DNA of 64,000 bases from an uncultured Pelagibacteraceae bacterium (GCA_902557235.1 CACDZR010000004.1:12526-76525), one strand, 5' to 3'. Shown: positions 1 through 13,413, counted from the stretch's first letter. A program made the numbers and translations. The notes: generated by a model from the sequence alone, not told the origin.

Positions 1-1
1 G

Positions 2-562
<561 letters not shown>

Positions 563-564
563 CT

Positions 565-3500
565 ATGAAAAAAGAATTAACAGACTTGTTTAAAAATTCT
601 GAGATATCTGAAGCTCAAAATTTTAATAGTATAAAAATTTCATTAGCTAGCCCTGAGAAAATAAAGTCTTGGACATATGGTGAAATAAAAAAACCGGAAA
701 CAATTAACTATAGAACTTTCAGACCAGAAAAAGATGGATTATTTTGTGCCAGAATATTTGGTCCTATCAAGGATTATGAATGTCTGTGTGGAAAATATAA
801 AAGAATGAAATTCAGAGGAATAATTTGTGAAAAATGCGGTGTTGAGGTTACAAAATCAAATGTTCGTAGAGAGAGAATGGGTCATATTAATCTAGCTACT
901 CCAGTTGCCCATATATGGTTTTTAAAGTCATTACCTAGTCGAATAGCTTTAGCAGTTGATATGAAGTTGAAAGAAATTGAAAGAGTACTTTACTTTGAAA
1001 ATTTTATTGTAATTGAACCTGGTTTAACTGGATTAAAAAAAAATCAACTTTTAAATGAGGAAGAATTAGCGAAATATCAAGATGAGTTCGGTGAAGAAGC
1101 TTTCTCTGCTGGTATAGGAGCTGAGGCAGTTTTAGAAATGCTTAAAAATCTAGATTTAGAGTTAGAAAAAAAGAACTTAGTTAGTTACATTAAAGAGACA
1201 AAATCAAAAGTTAATGAAGAAAGGGCTATAAAAAGGTTAAAATTAATAGAATCTTTTATTGATACAGGTCAAAAACCAGAGTGGATGATCATGACAGTTG
1301 TTCCTGTAATACCACCTGAACTTAGACCTTTGGTTCCTCTCGATGGTGGAAGATTTGCTACATCAGATTTAAACGATTTATACAGAAGAGTCATCAACAG
1401 AAATAATCGTTTAAAAAGATTGATGGATCTTAAGGCTCCCGACATAATCGTAAGAAATGAAAAGAGAATGCTTCAAGAGTCAGTTGATGCCTTATTTGAT
1501 AATGGTAGAAGAGGAAGAGTAATCACTGGAACTGGTAAAAGACCATTAAAATCTTTAGCAGAAATGTTAAAAGGTAAACAAGGTAGATTTAGACAAAACC
1601 TTTTAGGTAAACGTGTAGATTATTCTGGAAGGTCGGTGATTGTTGTTGGACCAGATCTAAAATTACACGAGTGTGGATTACCAAAAAAAATGGCATTAGA
1701 ACTATTTAAACCATTTTTATACGCTAGGTTAAATAAACTGGGGTTAGCCTCAACAATTAAACAAGCAAAAAAACTTGTTGAAAAAGAAACTAATGCTGTA
1801 TGGGATGCTTTAGAATTAATTGTAAGAGAACATCCAGTTTTATTAAATAGAGCTCCTACACTTCATAGATTAGGTGTACAAGCTTTTGAACCAAAATTGA
1901 TTGAGGGAGATGCTATTGAGTTACACCCATTAACATGTGCAGCATTTAATGCTGATTTTGATGGGGATCAAATGGCAGTGCACGTTCCTTTAAGTTTAGA
2001 AGCTCAACTAGAGGCAAGAATATTAATGCTCTCAACAAACAATATTTTATCACCATCAAACGGCAAACCAATTATTGTTCCAAGTCAGGATATGATTTTA
2101 GGAATTTATTATTTATCACAAGAACCTTTAACTGATAAACCAGCAGGATACTTTTTAAATGCAGATCAAATAGAATTCGCTTTGTCTTCAGGACAACTAA
2201 AAGTTCATAGTACGATTATATCAAGATTTGAAACTGTTGATGAAAAAGGAAATAAGAAATTTGAAAAATATACATCAACAGCTGGTAGATTTCTATTAGC
2301 CAACTTATTACCAAAAAACAAAGACATAAAATTTTCATTGGTAGATAGATTGCTTCCAAAAAAAGTTGTTTCTGAGGTGATCGATATTGTTTTTAGATTT
2401 TGTGGTCAAAAAACAACGGTTATTTTTTGTGATAAATTAAAGGATTTAGGTTTTAAACATGCCTTCAAAGCTGGAATTTCTTTCGGTAAAGATGACTTAG
2501 TTATACCAGAAAGCAAAACCCAATTAATAGATGATACAAAAAAATTGATTTCAGATTATGAAACACAATATGCTGAAGGACTTATCACTAGAGGTGAAAA
2601 ATACAATAAAGTTGTTGATGCTTGGTCAAAATGTACTGATCGTGTAGCTGGTGAAATGATGAAAGGTATTTCTGCAACAGAAAAAACTTCAGATGGTTTA
2701 AAGATTAACTCGGTATTTATGATGGCTGACAGCGGTGCTAGAGGCTCAGCTGCTCAAATGAAACAATTAGCTGGCATGAGGGGTCTTATCGCAAAACCAT
2801 CTGGTGAGATTATTGAAAGTCCAATAACTTCAAATTTTAAAGAGGGATTAACTGCCTTAGAATATTTTAACTCTACCCATGGAGCTAGAAAAGGTTTAGC
2901 TGATACAGCATTAAAAACAGCAAGCTCAGGATATTTAACTAGAAGATTATGTGATGTAGCGCAAGATTTAACAATTACCAAAAAGAATTGTGACAAACCA
3001 GGATTTATAGAACTTTCTGAAATTTTAGAAGGTGGAAATGTTGTTGTCAGTTTATCTGAGAGATCTTTAGGTAGAGTTACAGCTTCAGATGTTAAACATC
3101 CTATAACAGGTGAAATTATTTTAAAAAAATCGACTATGATAGATGAAGCTGGTTGTGATAAGATTGACTCTGCTGGAATAAAATCACTTAAAGTTTATTC
3201 AGTGATGACTTGTAGTTCAAAAGAAGGAGTATGTGCTACTTGTTATGGAAGAGATTTGTCTAGAGGTAAAATGGTTCATGTTGGAGAAGCAATTGGTATG
3301 ATTTCTGCTCAATCAATCGGAGAACCTGGCACCCAGCTAACAATGAGAACTTTCCACGTTGGTGGAACAGCTTCAGTAAAACAAGATTCACAAATAGTAA
3401 CTAAAAGTGAGGGAACTTTAAAGATCTTAAACTCAAATATTTTAGAAGACTCTAAAAAGAATTTGATTGTTATGGGACGAAATACTCAACTTTCTATTGA

Positions 3501-4728
3501 AGATGACAATGGTGTACAAATTGCAGTTTATAAAGTTGCATATGGATCAAAATTATTTTTTAAAAATGGCGACAAAGTAAAAGCAAATACTAAAATTTGT
3601 GAATGGGATCCTTATACTACACCTGTTATTGCTGAAAAAAGTGGTATTTCAAGTTATGTTGATTTGATTGATGGGGTTTCAATCCAAGAAACTACTGATG
3701 ATGCTACAGGTATATCATCTAAGTCTGTAATAGATTGGAGAGCACAATCTAAGAGTACTGATTTAAAACCAAGAATTACTCTTAGAGACGAAAAAGGTAA
3801 TGTGATTAAAAAAGCAGATGATAATGAAGCAAGATATTATCTTGTTCCAGATTCAATTTTATCAGTTAAAGATGGACAAAAAGTTTCAGCGGGGGATGTA
3901 ATTGCTAGACTTCCAAAAGAAACAACAAAAACAAAAGATATTACGGGAGGACTACCAAGAGTTGCTGAGTTATTTGAAGCAAGAAAAGCAAAAGATAGTG
4001 CAATAATAGCTGAAAATGATGGACAAGTTATTTTTGGAAAAGAAGTAAGAGGTAAACAAAGAATTTCAATTGTCCCCGAAGATGGAGGAGACCCATCAAA
4101 TTATTTAATTCCAAAAGGGAAACATATTAACTTTAACCAAGGAGAAAAAATTAAAAAAGGTGAATATCTTCTTGATGGTCAACCTTTGCCACACGATATT
4201 TTAAGAATTATGGGTATTAAAGATTTGACAGAATATTTTGTAAATCAAGTTCAGGAAGTATACAGACTGCAAGGTGTTATCATAAATGATAAACATATCG
4301 AAACTATTTTGAGACAGATGTTGAAGAAAGTTGAGGTAAAATCATCTGGAGATTCTTCTTATTTACCAGGCGAAATTGTTGATAGAATAAAATTTGAAAA
4401 TATGAACGAAAAACTTAAATCAGAAAATAAAACACCAGCAATTGGTGAAAGGGTTTTAATGGGTATAACTAAAGCTTCTTTACAGACCGAGTCATTTATT
4501 TCTGCTGCCTCTTTCCAAGAAACTACTAGAGTATTAACAGATGCTGCAATTAAAGGTAAAATTGACCCGTTAAATGGATTAAAAGAGAATGTTATCGTTG
4601 GTAGATTGGTACCTGCTGGAACAGGAAATATAAAGAATAGATGGAATAAAAAAGCACTTGAGGATGATAACAAATTCTTATCTGAGCAAGAAAAGATTGA
4701 GGCCTCAGAAACTCAAGCAAATCAATAG
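565..4728 (+). CDS. rpoC: RNA polymerase beta' subunit
   Basis: 1387 aa; catalytic NADFDGD motif; N-terminal Zn finger CLCGKYK...CEKC. Confidence 0.99.
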   Translation: MKKELTDLFKNSEISEAQNFNSIKISLASPEKIKSWTYGEIKKPETINYRTFRPEKDGLFCARIFGPIKDYECLCGKYKRMKFRGIICEKCGVEVTKSNVRRERMGHINLATPVAHIWFLKSLPSRIALAVDMKLKEIERVLYFENFIVIEPGLTGLKKNQLLNEEELAKYQDEFGEEAFSAGIGAEAVLEMLKNLDLELEKKNLVSYIKETKSKVNEERAIKRLKLIESFIDTGQKPEWMIMTVVPVIPPELRPLVPLDGGRFATSDLNDLYRRVINRNNRLKRLMDLKAPDIIVRNEKRMLQESVDALFDNGRRGRVITGTGKRPLKSLAEMLKGKQGRFRQNLLGKRVDYSGRSVIVVGPDLKLHECGLPKKMALELFKPFLYARLNKLGLASTIKQAKKLVEKETNAVWDALELIVREHPVLLNRAPTLHRLGVQAFEPKLIEGDAIELHPLTCAAFNADFDGDQMAVHVPLSLEAQLEARILMLSTNNILSPSNGKPIIVPSQDMILGIYYLSQEPLTDKPAGYFLNADQIEFALSSGQLKVHSTIISRFETVDEKGNKKFEKYTSTAGRFLLANLLPKNKDIKFSLVDRLLPKKVVSEVIDIVFRFCGQKTTVIFCDKLKDLGFKHAFKAGISFGKDDLVIPESKTQLIDDTKKLISDYETQYAEGLITRGEKYNKVVDAWSKCTDRVAGEMMKGISATEKTSDGLKINSVFMMADSGARGSAAQMKQLAGMRGLIAKPSGEIIESPITSNFKEGLTALEYFNSTHGARKGLADTALKTASSGYLTRRLCDVAQDLTITKKNCDKPGFIELSEILEGGNVVVSLSERSLGRVTASDVKHPITGEIILKKSTMIDEAGCDKIDSAGIKSLKVYSVMTCSSKEGVCATCYGRDLSRGKMVHVGEAIGMISAQSIGEPGTQLTMRTFHVGGTASVKQDSQIVTKSEGTLKILNSNILEDSKKNLIVMGRNTQLSIEDDNGVQIAVYKVAYGSKLFFKNGDKVKANTKICEWDPYTTPVIAEKSGISSYVDLIDGVSIQETTDDATGISSKSVIDWRAQSKSTDLKPRITLRDEKGNVIKKADDNEARYYLVPDSILSVKDGQKVSAGDVIARLPKETTKTKDITGGLPRVAELFEARKAKDSAIIAENDGQVIFGKEVRGKQRISIVPEDGGDPSNYLIPKGKHINFNQGEKIKKGEYLLDGQPLPHDILRIMGIKDLTEYFVNQVQEVYRLQGVIINDKHIETILRQMLKKVEVKSSGDSSYLPGEIVDRIKFENMNEKLKSENKTPAIGERVLMGITKASLQTESFISAASFQETTRVLTDAAIKGKIDPLNGLKENVIVGRLVPAGTGNIKNRWNKKALEDDNKFLSEQEKIEASETQANQ

Positions 4729-4757
4729 AAAAAACAGGCTATAATCTCAGGTTTTGT

Positions 4758-4785
4758 TTGACAAAATTCAATTTATAAGTATTTT
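4758..4785 (+). promoter_or_regulatory. Candidate sigma70 promoter of the str operon
   Basis: Perfect TTGACA at 4758-4763 and TATTTT 16 bp downstream, in the rpoC-rpsL spacer. Confidence 0.5.
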
Positions 4786-4838
4786 GGCGATGTTTTTGGT
4801 TGGAATGTAGTACTGATTAGATGTACTAAACGCTGCCA
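4785..4838 (+). ncRNA. Structured rpsL 5' leader (probable ribosomal-protein autoregulatory RNA)
   Basis: TGGCGATGTTT (4785-4795) pairs with AAACGCTGCCA (4828-4838) with G-U pairs and one mismatch; inner hairpin TAGTAC (4808-4813)/GTACTA (4823-4828). GC-richer than its flanks. An rpsL leader motif has been described in Pelagibacter. Confidence 0.6.
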
Positions 4839-4888
4839 TAATTGATCTGTCAGTTATTTCATCAAAAATATAATTAATTTAAAATTTT

Positions 4889-5260
4889 ATGCCAACAATT
4901 AACCAGTTGTTAAAAAAAAAGAGAGTTAAACAAGTTAAGAGGAATAAAGTTCCAGCTCTACAAAAACAACCTTTGAAAAGAGGTGTTTGTGTTAAAGTCT
5001 ATACAACTACCCCAAAGAAACCTAACTCGGCACTTAGAAAAGTTGCTAGAGTAAGACTGTCAAATGGTTTTGAAGTAACAGCGTATATACCAGGTGAAGG
5101 TCATAATTTACAAGAACACTCAGTTGTTTTGATAAGAGGTGGAAGGGTTAAGGATCTGCCAGGTGTAAGGTATCATATATTAAGAGGAAATCTCGATACC
5201 CAAGGAGTTGCAAATAGAAAAAAAAGAAGATCTTTATACGGAACCAAAAAGGGTAAATAA
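4889..5260 (+). CDS. rpsL: 30S ribosomal protein S12
   Basis: [10 protein letters not shown] and [11 protein letters not shown] motifs. Confidence 0.99.
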   Translation: MPTINQLLKKKRVKQVKRNKVPALQKQPLKRGVCVKVYTTTPKKPNSALRKVARVRLSNGFEVTAYIPGEGHNLQEHSVVLIRGGRVKDLPGVRYHILRGNLDTQGVANRKKRRSLYGTKKGK

Positions 5261-5262
5261 AA

Positions 5263-5733
5263 ATGTCTAGAAAAAAATCACAACCTAAAAAAGACATAGT
5301 TCCAGACCCAAAATTTAATTCAACTATTATTCCTAAATTAATAAACAACTTAATGTACGACGGTAAAAGAGGTATAGCTTCGAAAATTGTTTACGATGCT
5401 ATAGAAAAAATTAAAACTAAATCAAAAGATGAGCCTATAAATATTTTTAATGAGGCAATTAACAATATTAAACCAACTGTTGAAGTTAGATCTAGAAGGG
5501 TTGGTGGAGCAACTTATCAAGTTCCAGTTGAAGTAAAAAACAAAAGAGCCCAAGCTTTAGCGATCAGATGGTTGATAGACTCTGCAAGAAAAAGAAAAGA
5601 TAAAAATATGTCTGATAAGATTTTCAATGAGCTTTATGATGCCTATGAAAAAAAAGGAGCTGCAGTTAAAAAAAAGGAAGATGTTCATAAAATGGCTGAG
5701 TCAAATAAAGCATTTGCACATTTTAGATGGTAA
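5263..5733 (+). CDS. rpsG: 30S ribosomal protein S7
   Basis: SRRVGGATYQVP and HKMAESNKAFAHFRW motifs. Confidence 0.99.
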   Translation: MSRKKSQPKKDIVPDPKFNSTIIPKLINNLMYDGKRGIASKIVYDAIEKIKTKSKDEPINIFNEAINNIKPTVEVRSRRVGGATYQVPVEVKNKRAQALAIRWLIDSARKRKDKNMSDKIFNELYDAYEKKGAAVKKKEDVHKMAESNKAFAHFRW

Positions 5734-5739
5734 AAAATT

Positions 5740-7818
5740 ATGTCTAGAACTCATACTTTAAATAAATATAGAAATATTGGTATTATGGCTCATATTGATG
5801 CCGGTAAAACAACTACAACAGAAAGAATTTTATATTACACAGGAAAGAGTCATAAAATAGGAGAAGTCCATGATGGTGCTGCAACAATGGACTGGATGGA
5901 GCAAGAGCAAGAAAGAGGGATTACAATTACATCAGCTGCAACAACTTGTTTTTGGCAAGACCATAGAATTAATATCATTGACACGCCTGGTCACGTTGAT
6001 TTTACTATTGAAGTCGAGAGATCTCTTAAAGTTTTAGATGGTGCTGTAGCAGTTTTTGATGGTGTTGCAGGTGTTGAACCTCAGTCCGAAACTGTATGGA
6101 GACAGGCAGATAAATACAAAGTTCCAAGAATTTGTTTTGTGAACAAATTAGACAGAACAGGAGCTGATTTTTTTAGATGTGTAGATATGATAAAAGATAG
6201 ATTGGGTGCTAAACCATTAGTTATTCAAGTTCCTATAGGTATAGAAGCGTCTCTAACAGGCGTTGTTGACTTAGTAAAAATGAAAGCTCAAGTTTGGAAA
6301 AATGAAGCCTTAGGTGCTGAATGGGAATACAAAGATATACCCGCCGATTTAAAAGAAATTTCTGAAAAATATAGAACAGAACTAGTTGAAGCAGCTGTTG
6401 AGCAGGATGAAAAATTAATGGAGTCATATTTAAATGGAGATGAAATAAAAGAGGAAGATTTAGTAAAATGTATAAGAAAAGGTACATTAAACTTTGATTT
6501 TGTACCAGTTATGACTGGATCAGCTTTTAAAAATAAAGGTGTACAACCTTTATTAGATGCTGTTGTGAATTATTTACCGAGTCCAGTTGATATTGGTTCA
6601 ATTAAAGGAACCAAATTAGGTAGTGAAGATGAAATGGATATGAAATTTGAAGATAGTGCACCATTTTCAGCTTTAGCTTTCAAGGTTGCAAATGACCCAT
6701 TTGTAGGTTCATTAACTTTTATAAGAATTTATTCTGGCACTATTAAAACTGGAACTGCGGTTTACAACTCATCTAAAGAGAAAGAGGAAAGAGTTGGGAG
6801 GATGTTATTGATGCATGCTAATTCAAGAGAGGATATTAAAGAAGCTAACGCTGGAGATATTGTGGCTTTGGCAGGTTTAAAGAATACGATTACTGGACAT
6901 ACTTTATGTGATAAAGAAAATGGTGTTCTTTTAGAACCAATGGAATTCCCAGATCCTGTAATAGAAATTGCAGTAGAGCCAAAAACTAAAGCCGATCAAG
7001 AAAAAATGGGTGAAGCTTTAGGAAGATTAGCTAAAGAAGACCCTTCTTTCAGAGTGACTTCAGATGAGGAGTCAGGTCAAACAATTATTAAAGGTATGGG
7101 TGAATTACATTTAGATATCATTGTGGATAGAATGAAACGAGAATTTAAAGTAGAGGCAAATGTTGGAGCCCCTCAAGTTGCATACAGAGAAACAATAGAA
7201 ACTTCATCAGAAGTTGAATACACACATAAAAAACAGAGTGGTGGTGCTGGACAATTCGCTAAAGTAAAATTGTTAGTAGAACCACAAGAGCCTGGTAAAG
7301 GAAGAGAAGTTGAAAGTAAAATTAAAGGTGGTGCTATTCCTAAAGAATTCATTCCTGGAGTTGAAAAAGGAATTGAAACCGTATCAGATGGTGGAATTCT
7401 TGCTGGATTCCCAATGATAGATTACAAAGTAACAATTTTAGATGGATTACACCATGATGTGGACTCTAGTGTATTAGCATTTGAGCTAGCAAGTAGAGCT
7501 TGTTTTAAAGAAGCATGTACAAAAGGTGGATTAAAGCTCTTAGAGCCAGTTATGAGAGTTGAAGTTGTAACACCTGAGGACTACATGGGGGATGTAATTG
7601 GTGATTTAAATAGTAGAAGAGGTCAGATAAGTACTCAAGAGCAAAGAGGTAATGCTACAGTTATTACTGCTATGGTCCCATTAGCTAATATGTTTGGATA
7701 TATCAATAGTTTAAGATCAATGTCTCAAGGTAGAGCACAATACTCAATGTTTTTTGATCATTATTCAAAAGTTCCTCAAAATGTTCAGGATGAAGTAACT
7801 AAAAAGATTGCAGGCTAA
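5740..7818 (+). CDS. fusA: Elongation factor G
   Basis: [19 protein letters not shown] and NKLD GTPase motifs; 692 aa. Confidence 0.99.
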   Translation: MSRTHTLNKYRNIGIMAHIDAGKTTTTERILYYTGKSHKIGEVHDGAATMDWMEQEQERGITITSAATTCFWQDHRINIIDTPGHVDFTIEVERSLKVLDGAVAVFDGVAGVEPQSETVWRQADKYKVPRICFVNKLDRTGADFFRCVDMIKDRLGAKPLVIQVPIGIEASLTGVVDLVKMKAQVWKNEALGAEWEYKDIPADLKEISEKYRTELVEAAVEQDEKLMESYLNGDEIKEEDLVKCIRKGTLNFDFVPVMTGSAFKNKGVQPLLDAVVNYLPSPVDIGSIKGTKLGSEDEMDMKFEDSAPFSALAFKVANDPFVGSLTFIRIYSGTIKTGTAVYNSSKEKEERVGRMLLMHANSREDIKEANAGDIVALAGLKNTITGHTLCDKENGVLLEPMEFPDPVIEIAVEPKTKADQEKMGEALGRLAKEDPSFRVTSDEESGQTIIKGMGELHLDIIVDRMKREFKVEANVGAPQVAYRETIETSSEVEYTHKKQSGGAGQFAKVKLLVEPQEPGKGREVESKIKGGAIPKEFIPGVEKGIETVSDGGILAGFPMIDYKVTILDGLHHDVDSSVLAFELASRACFKEACTKGGLKLLEPVMRVEVVTPEDYMGDVIGDLNSRRGQISTQEQRGNATVITAMVPLANMFGYINSLRSMSQGRAQYSMFFDHYSKVPQNVQDEVTKKIAG

Positions 7819-7819
7819 T

Positions 7820-8128
7820 ATGGAAAAACAAAATATACGAATTAAACTTAGAGCATATGATAATAAAGTTCTAGATGCATCAACTGAAGAAATTGTTAAC
7901 ACTGTAAAAAGAACAGGAGCAACTATTAAAGGTCCAATACCTCTACCGACTAAAATTGAGAGATATACAGTTTTAAGATCACCACACATTGATAAGAAAA
8001 GTAGGGAACAATTTGAATCAAGAACGCATAAAAGATTAATAGATATAGTTGAACCAACACCACAAACTGTTGAAGCACTTATGAAACTAGATTTAGCTTC
8101 AGGTGTGGATGTGGAGATTAAAATTTAA
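7820..8128 (+). CDS. rpsJ: 30S ribosomal protein S10
   Basis: [16 protein letters not shown] and [14 protein letters not shown]; start moved to the ATG at 7820, 1 nt after the fusA stop. Confidence 0.98.
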   Translation: MEKQNIRIKLRAYDNKVLDASTEEIVNTVKRTGATIKGPIPLPTKIERYTVLRSPHIDKKSREQFESRTHKRLIDIVEPTPQTVEALMKLDLASGVDVEIKI

Positions 8129-8130
8129 AT

Positions 8131-8841
8131 ATGAGAAATATTGCTTTAATAGGAAAGAAAATTGGAATGACCAGAGAGTTTTATAAAACTGGCCAGTCAG
8201 TGCCCGTAACAGTTCTTAAGATGGAGAAAGCAAGAGTTATTCAAGTAATTGATAGTGAAAAAAGAGGCTATAAAGCTGTTCAATTAGGGTATGGAAAAAT
8301 TAAAAATTCAAAGCTCACAAAAGCAATGAAAGGTTATTTTGCCAAGAAAAATACTGAGGCAAAAAAGAGATTAAAAGAGTTCAGAGTTGAAAATATTGAA
8401 AATTTTAAAGAGGGAAATGAGTTTGGTCTTGAAATATTTAAAGATATAAAATTTGTAGATACGAAATCAAAGACTATAGGTAAAGGTTTTGCTGGAGCAA
8501 TGAAAAGACATAATTTTGGTGGTTTAAGAGCGACACATGGTGTTTCAATTTCACATAGATCTCACGGTTCTACTGGACAAAGACAAGATCCTGGAAAGGT
8601 TTTTAAAGGAAAAAAAATGGCTGGACACATGGGTGACAAATTAAGAACTATGCAAAATATCGAAATTATTAAAACAGATTTAGAAAATGAATTACTTTAT
8701 TTAAAAGGCTCAATACCAGGTTCAAAAAACTCAGAAGTTATTGTCAAAGGTTCTGTCAAAAATATAAATAAATTAACTATTGATGAAAAAATTAAAGCTG
8801 CTGAACAGGCTAAAAAAACACCAGATAAAAAGAAAAAATAA
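8131..8841 (+). CDS. rplC: 50S ribosomal protein L3
   Basis: GKKIGMT, GKGFAGAMKRHNF and KGKKMAGHMG motifs. Confidence 0.98.
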   Translation: MRNIALIGKKIGMTREFYKTGQSVPVTVLKMEKARVIQVIDSEKRGYKAVQLGYGKIKNSKLTKAMKGYFAKKNTEAKKRLKEFRVENIENFKEGNEFGLEIFKDIKFVDTKSKTIGKGFAGAMKRHNFGGLRATHGVSISHRSHGSTGQRQDPGKVFKGKKMAGHMGDKLRTMQNIEIIKTDLENELLYLKGSIPGSKNSEVIVKGSVKNINKLTIDEKIKAAEQAKKTPDKKKK

Positions 8842-9464
8842 TGAAAATAGATAAATTAAATTTAGATGGAAAAAAAAGCTCAATAGAGGTTTTGGATAAA
8901 ATTTTTTCAGCTAAAATAAACCATAAATTAGTAAGTAGTGTTCTATACAAAACTAATGCTAATTATAAAGGGAGACATGCAAAGACTAAGCAACAAAACG
9001 AAGTGGCAGGGCCTACTTCAAAAATTTATGCTCAAAAAGGTACAGGTAATGCAAGACACGCTAGTAGAAAAGCACCAATATTTGTTGGTGGTGGAATAGC
9101 GCATGGACCAAAGGGACAACTAGCTTACAAAAAAAGAAAATTAAATAAGAGCGAAAAAAAACAAAGCATAGCTTCATTGATCAGTGAAAAAACTAAAAAT
9201 AAAGATTTATTAGTCCTTAATGATTTTAATATCCAAATAAAAAAAACAAAAGAAATGAGTCTTATTCTTAAAAAGTTTGAAATTACAGACTCATTAATTA
9301 TTCTTGATAAATCCTCAAAAGAAAAAGTAGAAAAATCAATTAGAAATATTCCAAACATTAAAGTTACAGACATAAATCACTTTAGTGCTTTTGACATGAT
9401 TAAATTTAAAAAAATAGTTTTTACTGAAAGCTCTGTAAAAGAGTTAGAGAAGAGATATGCCTAA
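8841..9464 (+). CDS. rplD: 50S ribosomal protein L4
   Basis: QKGTGNARH...GGGIAHGPK; position in S10 operon. Confidence 0.98.
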   Translation: MKIDKLNLDGKKSSIEVLDKIFSAKINHKLVSSVLYKTNANYKGRHAKTKQQNEVAGPTSKIYAQKGTGNARHASRKAPIFVGGGIAHGPKGQLAYKKRKLNKSEKKQSIASLISEKTKNKDLLVLNDFNIQIKKTKEMSLILKKFEITDSLIILDKSSKEKVEKSIRNIPNIKVTDINHFSAFDMIKFKKIVFTESSVKELEKRYA

Positions 9465-9759
9465 AATAGAAAAACTTCATCTGTATGATAAAATTTTGTC
9501 ACCATTACTGACAGAAAAATCTACTAATTTATCTGGAGAAAACAAAATAGTTTTTAAAGTACGTAAGAGTGCTAACAAAAAAAATCTTAAAAATAATATT
9601 GAAAAAATTTTCAAGGTTAACGTAACAAAAATTAATATTATTAATAAACAAAATAGAACAAAATTTACCAGAGGAAGAAAAGTGAAAGTCTCAGGTTTTA
9701 AAAAAGCAATAATTACACTTAAAAAGGGTCAGAGCATTGATCTAACAACAGGAATTTAA
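9457..9759 (+). CDS. rplW: 50S ribosomal protein L23
   Basis: PLLTEKS and KKAIITL motifs; synteny. Confidence 0.97.
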   Translation: MPKIEKLHLYDKILSPLLTEKSTNLSGENKIVFKVRKSANKKNLKNNIEKIFKVNVTKINIINKQNRTKFTRGRKVKVSGFKKAIITLKKGQSIDLTTGI

Positions 9760-10598
9760 TGGCATTAAAAACTTTTAAACCGTATACGAAATCTACCAGA
9801 GGGACAATTCTAGTTGATAGAACTGGTCTTTGGAAAGGGAAACCATTTAAGTCATTAGTTTCACCAAAAAATTCAATGAAAGGAAGAAATAATAACGGTC
9901 ATATAACTTCAATAAATAGAGCCGGTGGTCATAAAAAGATGTATAGACATATAGATTTTTATAGAAAAAAATTTGATGCTCCTGCTACTGTCGAGAGAAT
10001 AGAGTATGATCCAAATAGATCTTGTTACATAATGTTGGTAAAATTTGAGGATAATTCTCACGCTTATTATTTAGCTCCACAAAAAATTAAAGTTGGTGAT
10101 AAAGTTGAAAATGGTTCCAAAAAAGAGATAAAAGTTGGTAATTGCATGCCATTACAAGATATCCCTGTAGGCATAGATATTCATAACGTTGAAATTCACC
10201 CAGGCGGAGGTGGTAAAATAGCAAGATCAGCTGGAACATCTGTTACTATTAGCGGATTAGATGGTAACTACAGTTTAATAAAATTAGCTTCTGGTGAGGT
10301 AAGAAAAATTGACTCAAGATCTTTGGCTACAATTGGTGTCCTGAGCAATCCAGATCAAAAAAATATAAAAATTGGTAAAGCTGGAAGATCAAGATGGTTA
10401 GGAAGAAGACCACACACAAGAGGGGTAGTTAAAAATCCCGTTGATCACCCACATGGAGGTGGAGAAGGAAAAAGTGCAGGTGGAAGACATCCAGTTTCGC
10501 CAAAAGGTCAATCAGCTAAAGGACTAAAAACAAGAGATAATAAACGAACAGATAAATTTATTGTGAAGAGAAGAAACAAAAGAAAGGATACTAAATAA
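9759..10598 (+). CDS. rplB: 50S ribosomal protein L2
   Basis: IEYDPNRS and [12 protein letters not shown] motifs. Confidence 0.99.
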   Translation: MALKTFKPYTKSTRGTILVDRTGLWKGKPFKSLVSPKNSMKGRNNNGHITSINRAGGHKKMYRHIDFYRKKFDAPATVERIEYDPNRSCYIMLVKFEDNSHAYYLAPQKIKVGDKVENGSKKEIKVGNCMPLQDIPVGIDIHNVEIHPGGGGKIARSAGTSVTISGLDGNYSLIKLASGEVRKIDSRSLATIGVLSNPDQKNIKIGKAGRSRWLGRRPHTRGVVKNPVDHPHGGGEGKSAGGRHPVSPKGQSAKGLKTRDNKRTDKFIVKRRNKRKDTK

Positions 10599-10897
10599 TG
10601 GCTAGAGCGGTTTGGAAGGGTCCTTTTGTAGAGGAAAGTTTAATGAAAAAGGTGGATAAATACAAAACTGACCCTAAAAAAATTCCAATTAAAACTTGGT
10701 CAAGAAAATCTACAATACTACCAGATTTCGTTGGAGTAAGTTTTTTAATTTATAATGGTAAAAAATTTATCCCAATAACGGTGTCAGAAGATATGGTCGG
10801 TCATAAACTTGGTGAGTTTGCACCTACAAGAACTTTCTTTGGACATACACCAGCAGATAAAAAAGCAAAACCTGCTGAAGCTGAGGCTAAAAAGTAA
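10598..10897 (+). CDS. rpsS: 30S ribosomal protein S19
   Basis: TWSRKSTI and [13 protein letters not shown] motifs. Confidence 0.99.
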   Translation: MARAVWKGPFVEESLMKKVDKYKTDPKKIPIKTWSRKSTILPDFVGVSFLIYNGKKFIPITVSEDMVGHKLGEFAPTRTFFGHTPADKKAKPAEAEAKK

Positions 10898-10900
10898 TTT

Positions 10901-11299
10901 ATGAGCAAAAAAAAGAAAACACAGAATAATAAAGATAAACTTGTGAGATCGATCAACAATAATATTAGATCAAGTGTAAGAAAACTTAATCCAATTCTTA
11001 AAGGAATTGTGGGCAAGAAAGTAGATGTTGCTATAAGAGACCTAGAGTTTTCAGAAAAAAGAATAACCAAAGATATTAGAAAAACAATTAGTTCAGCTGT
11101 TGCAAATGCTGAAAACAATTTTCAATACGATATTGATAAACTAGTCGTAAAAGAAGCTTACTGTGGAAAGAAAATTATAATGAAAAGATTTAGACCAAGA
11201 GCGAAAGGAAGAGCTGCACCAATATTAAAACCTTATTCAAGTGTAACAATAATATTATCTGAGATGAAAAAAACGGAGGGACATGGGGCAAAAAGTTAA
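10901..11299 (+). CDS. rplV: 50S ribosomal protein L22
   Basis: SAVANAENN and [11 protein letters not shown] motifs. Confidence 0.98.
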   Translation: MSKKKKTQNNKDKLVRSINNNIRSSVRKLNPILKGIVGKKVDVAIRDLEFSEKRITKDIRKTISSAVANAENNFQYDIDKLVVKEAYCGKKIIMKRFRPRAKGRAAPILKPYSSVTIILSEMKKTEGHGAKS

Positions 11300-11960
11300 T
11301 CCAGTTGGTTTTAGATTAGGTGTGAACAGAGGTTGGGACTCTGTTTGGTATGCTAAGAAGAAAGATTTTGGAAATTATCTTATCGAAGATTTTAAAATCA
11401 GAGAATATATAAAAAAAAATGTAATTAATTCTGGTGTATCAAAAGTTATGATCGAAAGAACCTCAAACAAATGTTACGTAACCATTTATACTTCAAGACC
11501 TGGATTTGTAATTGGAAAAAAAGGAAGTGATATTGATAAAATTAAAAACAATCTTTCAAAATTTACCAAGAATGAAGTTGCCTTGAATATTAAAGAAGTT
11601 AAAAAACCAGAGACAAATGCCTATTTAGTTGCTGAAAATATAGCACAACAATTAGTTAAAAGAATTTCTTACAGACGAGCAATGAAAAGAGCAATGCAAT
11701 CTTGCTTAAGACTTGGAGCAAAAGGAATAAAAGTCTCAATCAGTGGAAGATTGGGTGGTAATGAAATTGCTAGAACTGAGTGGTTAAGAGATGGAAGTAT
11801 ACCATCTCATACTTTAAGGGCAGATATAGATTATGCTGAAGCAGAAGCACTTACAACGTATGGTATTATTGGTATCAAAGTTTGGATCTATAAAGGTGAA
11901 GTTTTTGCAAAAGAATTTAGCCAAGAAACTAACAAAGTAATTTCTAAAGAGGGTAAATAA
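11283..11960 (+). CDS. rpsC: 30S ribosomal protein S3
   Basis: [23 protein letters not shown] and TLRADIDY motifs. Confidence 0.99.
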   Translation: MGQKVNPVGFRLGVNRGWDSVWYAKKKDFGNYLIEDFKIREYIKKNVINSGVSKVMIERTSNKCYVTIYTSRPGFVIGKKGSDIDKIKNNLSKFTKNEVALNIKEVKKPETNAYLVAENIAQQLVKRISYRRAMKRAMQSCLRLGAKGIKVSISGRLGGNEIARTEWLRDGSIPSHTLRADIDYAEAEALTTYGIIGIKVWIYKGEVFAKEFSQETNKVISKEGK

Positions 11961-11964
11961 TATA

Positions 11965-12375
11965 ATGTTGCAGCCAGTAAGAACTAAATGGAGAAAAGCT
12001 CATAAGGGACGAATACATGGTAAAGCGTCGAGAGCTAACTTTATAAATTACGGAGCTTATGCTTTAAAAGCTCTATCACCTGATAGAGTAACAGGAAAAC
12101 AAATTGAAGCTGCTAGAGTAGCTTTAACAAGACATATGAAAAGACAAGGAAGAGTCTGGACAAGGATATTTCCAAATATTCCTGTATCTAAAAAACCGAT
12201 TGAAGTACGTATGGGTAAAGGAAAAGGATCGCCCGAATATTACGCTTGTAGAGTAAAACCTGGTAGAATTTTATTTGAGGTTGATGGTGTTTCAGAGGAG
12301 ATCGCTAAGGAGGCATTATATAAAGCTTCAGCAAAGCTACCTATTAAAACAAAAACAATTAAAAGATTTTTATAA
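11965..12375 (+). CDS. rplP: 50S ribosomal protein L16
   Basis: [13 protein letters not shown] motif. Confidence 0.99.
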   Translation: MLQPVRTKWRKAHKGRIHGKASRANFINYGAYALKALSPDRVTGKQIEAARVALTRHMKRQGRVWTRIFPNIPVSKKPIEVRMGKGKGSPEYYACRVKPGRILFEVDGVSEEIAKEALYKASAKLPIKTKTIKRFL

Positions 12376-12376
12376 A

Positions 12377-12568
12377 ATGAAAAAACAAGAGATAAAAAAA
12401 CTATCTAAAGACGAAATTTTAAAGAATATTGATAAGCTTAAGAAAGATTTATTTAACTTTAGATTTCAGAAGGTTAATTCTCAAGTAACTAACCCATCTA
12501 AAATTGGGGAAACAAAAAAAACAATTGCAAGACTTAAAACTTCATTAAGAGGGAAAATTAATGCCTAA
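12377..12568 (+). CDS. rpmC: 50S ribosomal protein L29
   Basis: [11 protein letters not shown]...KKTIARLKT; likely start is the ATG at 12377, just after the rplP stop. Confidence 0.95.
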   Translation: MKKQEIKKLSKDEILKNIDKLKKDLFNFRFQKVNSQVTNPSKIGETKKTIARLKTSLRGKINA

Positions 12569-12797
12569 AAAGATTTTAACAGGAGTAGTAGTGAGTGATA
12601 AACCAAATAAAACGATAACCGTTTTAGTTGAAAGAAAATATTCTCATCCAGTATTAAAAAAAGTTATTAAAGTTAGAAAAAAATACAATGCCCATGATGA
12701 AAAAAATACTTTTAAATTGGGAGATAAAGTTTCAATTATAGAAAGCAAACCTTTCTCAAAAAATAAAAAATTTGAAGTTATGGAGAATTCAAAATAA
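12561..12797 (+). CDS. rpsQ: 30S ribosomal protein S17
   Basis: [14 protein letters not shown] and HDE...GDKV motifs. Confidence 0.98.
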   Translation: MPKKILTGVVVSDKPNKTITVLVERKYSHPVLKKVIKVRKKYNAHDEKNTFKLGDKVSIIESKPFSKNKKFEVMENSK

Positions 12798-13165
12798 TGA
12801 TACAGGTTCAAACTGAATTACAAGTTGCAGATAACACTGGAGCTAAAAAGATAGAGTGTATCAAAGTTTTAGGTGGGTCTAAAAGAAGATATGCCAGCAT
12901 TGGTGATACAATTGTAATTGCAGTTAAAGAAGCAATTCCAAAAGGTAAAGTTAAGAAAGGTTCAGTCCATAAAGCAGTTGTTGTAAGAGTAAAAAAAGGC
13001 ATTCACAGAGATGATGGATCAAAAGTAAAGTTCGATAATAATGCTGCAGTTTTAGTTGATGACAAAGGCGAACCAGTTGGAACAAGAATTTTTGGTCCTG
13101 TAACAAGAGAATTAAGAACTAGAGGTCAAATGAAAATTATCTCTCTAGCACCTGAGGTATTATAA
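12797..13165 (+). CDS. rplN: 50S ribosomal protein L14
   Basis: [16 protein letters not shown] and IISLAPEVL motifs. Confidence 0.99.
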   Translation: MIQVQTELQVADNTGAKKIECIKVLGGSKRRYASIGDTIVIAVKEAIPKGKVKKGSVHKAVVVRVKKGIHRDDGSKVKFDNNAAVLVDDKGEPVGTRIFGPVTRELRTRGQMKIISLAPEVL

Positions 13166-13413
13166 TGATTAAGAAAGGTTTAAAAGTGAAAATTATTGCA
13201 GGTAAAGATAAAGCCAAAGAAGGTGAAGTTATTGAGATAGATAGATCAAATAATAGAGCAAAAGTTAAGGATTTAAATATGATTAAAAAACATGTGAAAA
13301 CAACAAAAGAAAAAAAAGGTGGTATATTTTCTAAAGAGAATTTTATTCATATCTCTAATTTAAAATTAGTAAATGAGCAAAAAAAAACAAAGAAATCAGA
13401 GGCTAAAAAATAA
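13165..13413 (+). CDS. rplX: 50S ribosomal protein L24 (short)
   Basis: KOW motif [15 protein letters not shown] and IHISN; synteny. Confidence 0.95.
   Translation: MIKKGLKVKIIAGKDKAKEGEVIEIDRSNNRAKVKDLNMIKKHVKTTKEKKGGIFSKENFIHISNLKLVNEQKKTKKSEAKK

Noticed and set aside
12275-12376. Long N-terminal extension of L29 (similarly ugd 25354, ribD 59943, panC 24588, gatB 34869)
   Set aside because: Downstream ATGs coupled to the previous stop or matching family starts are more plausible.
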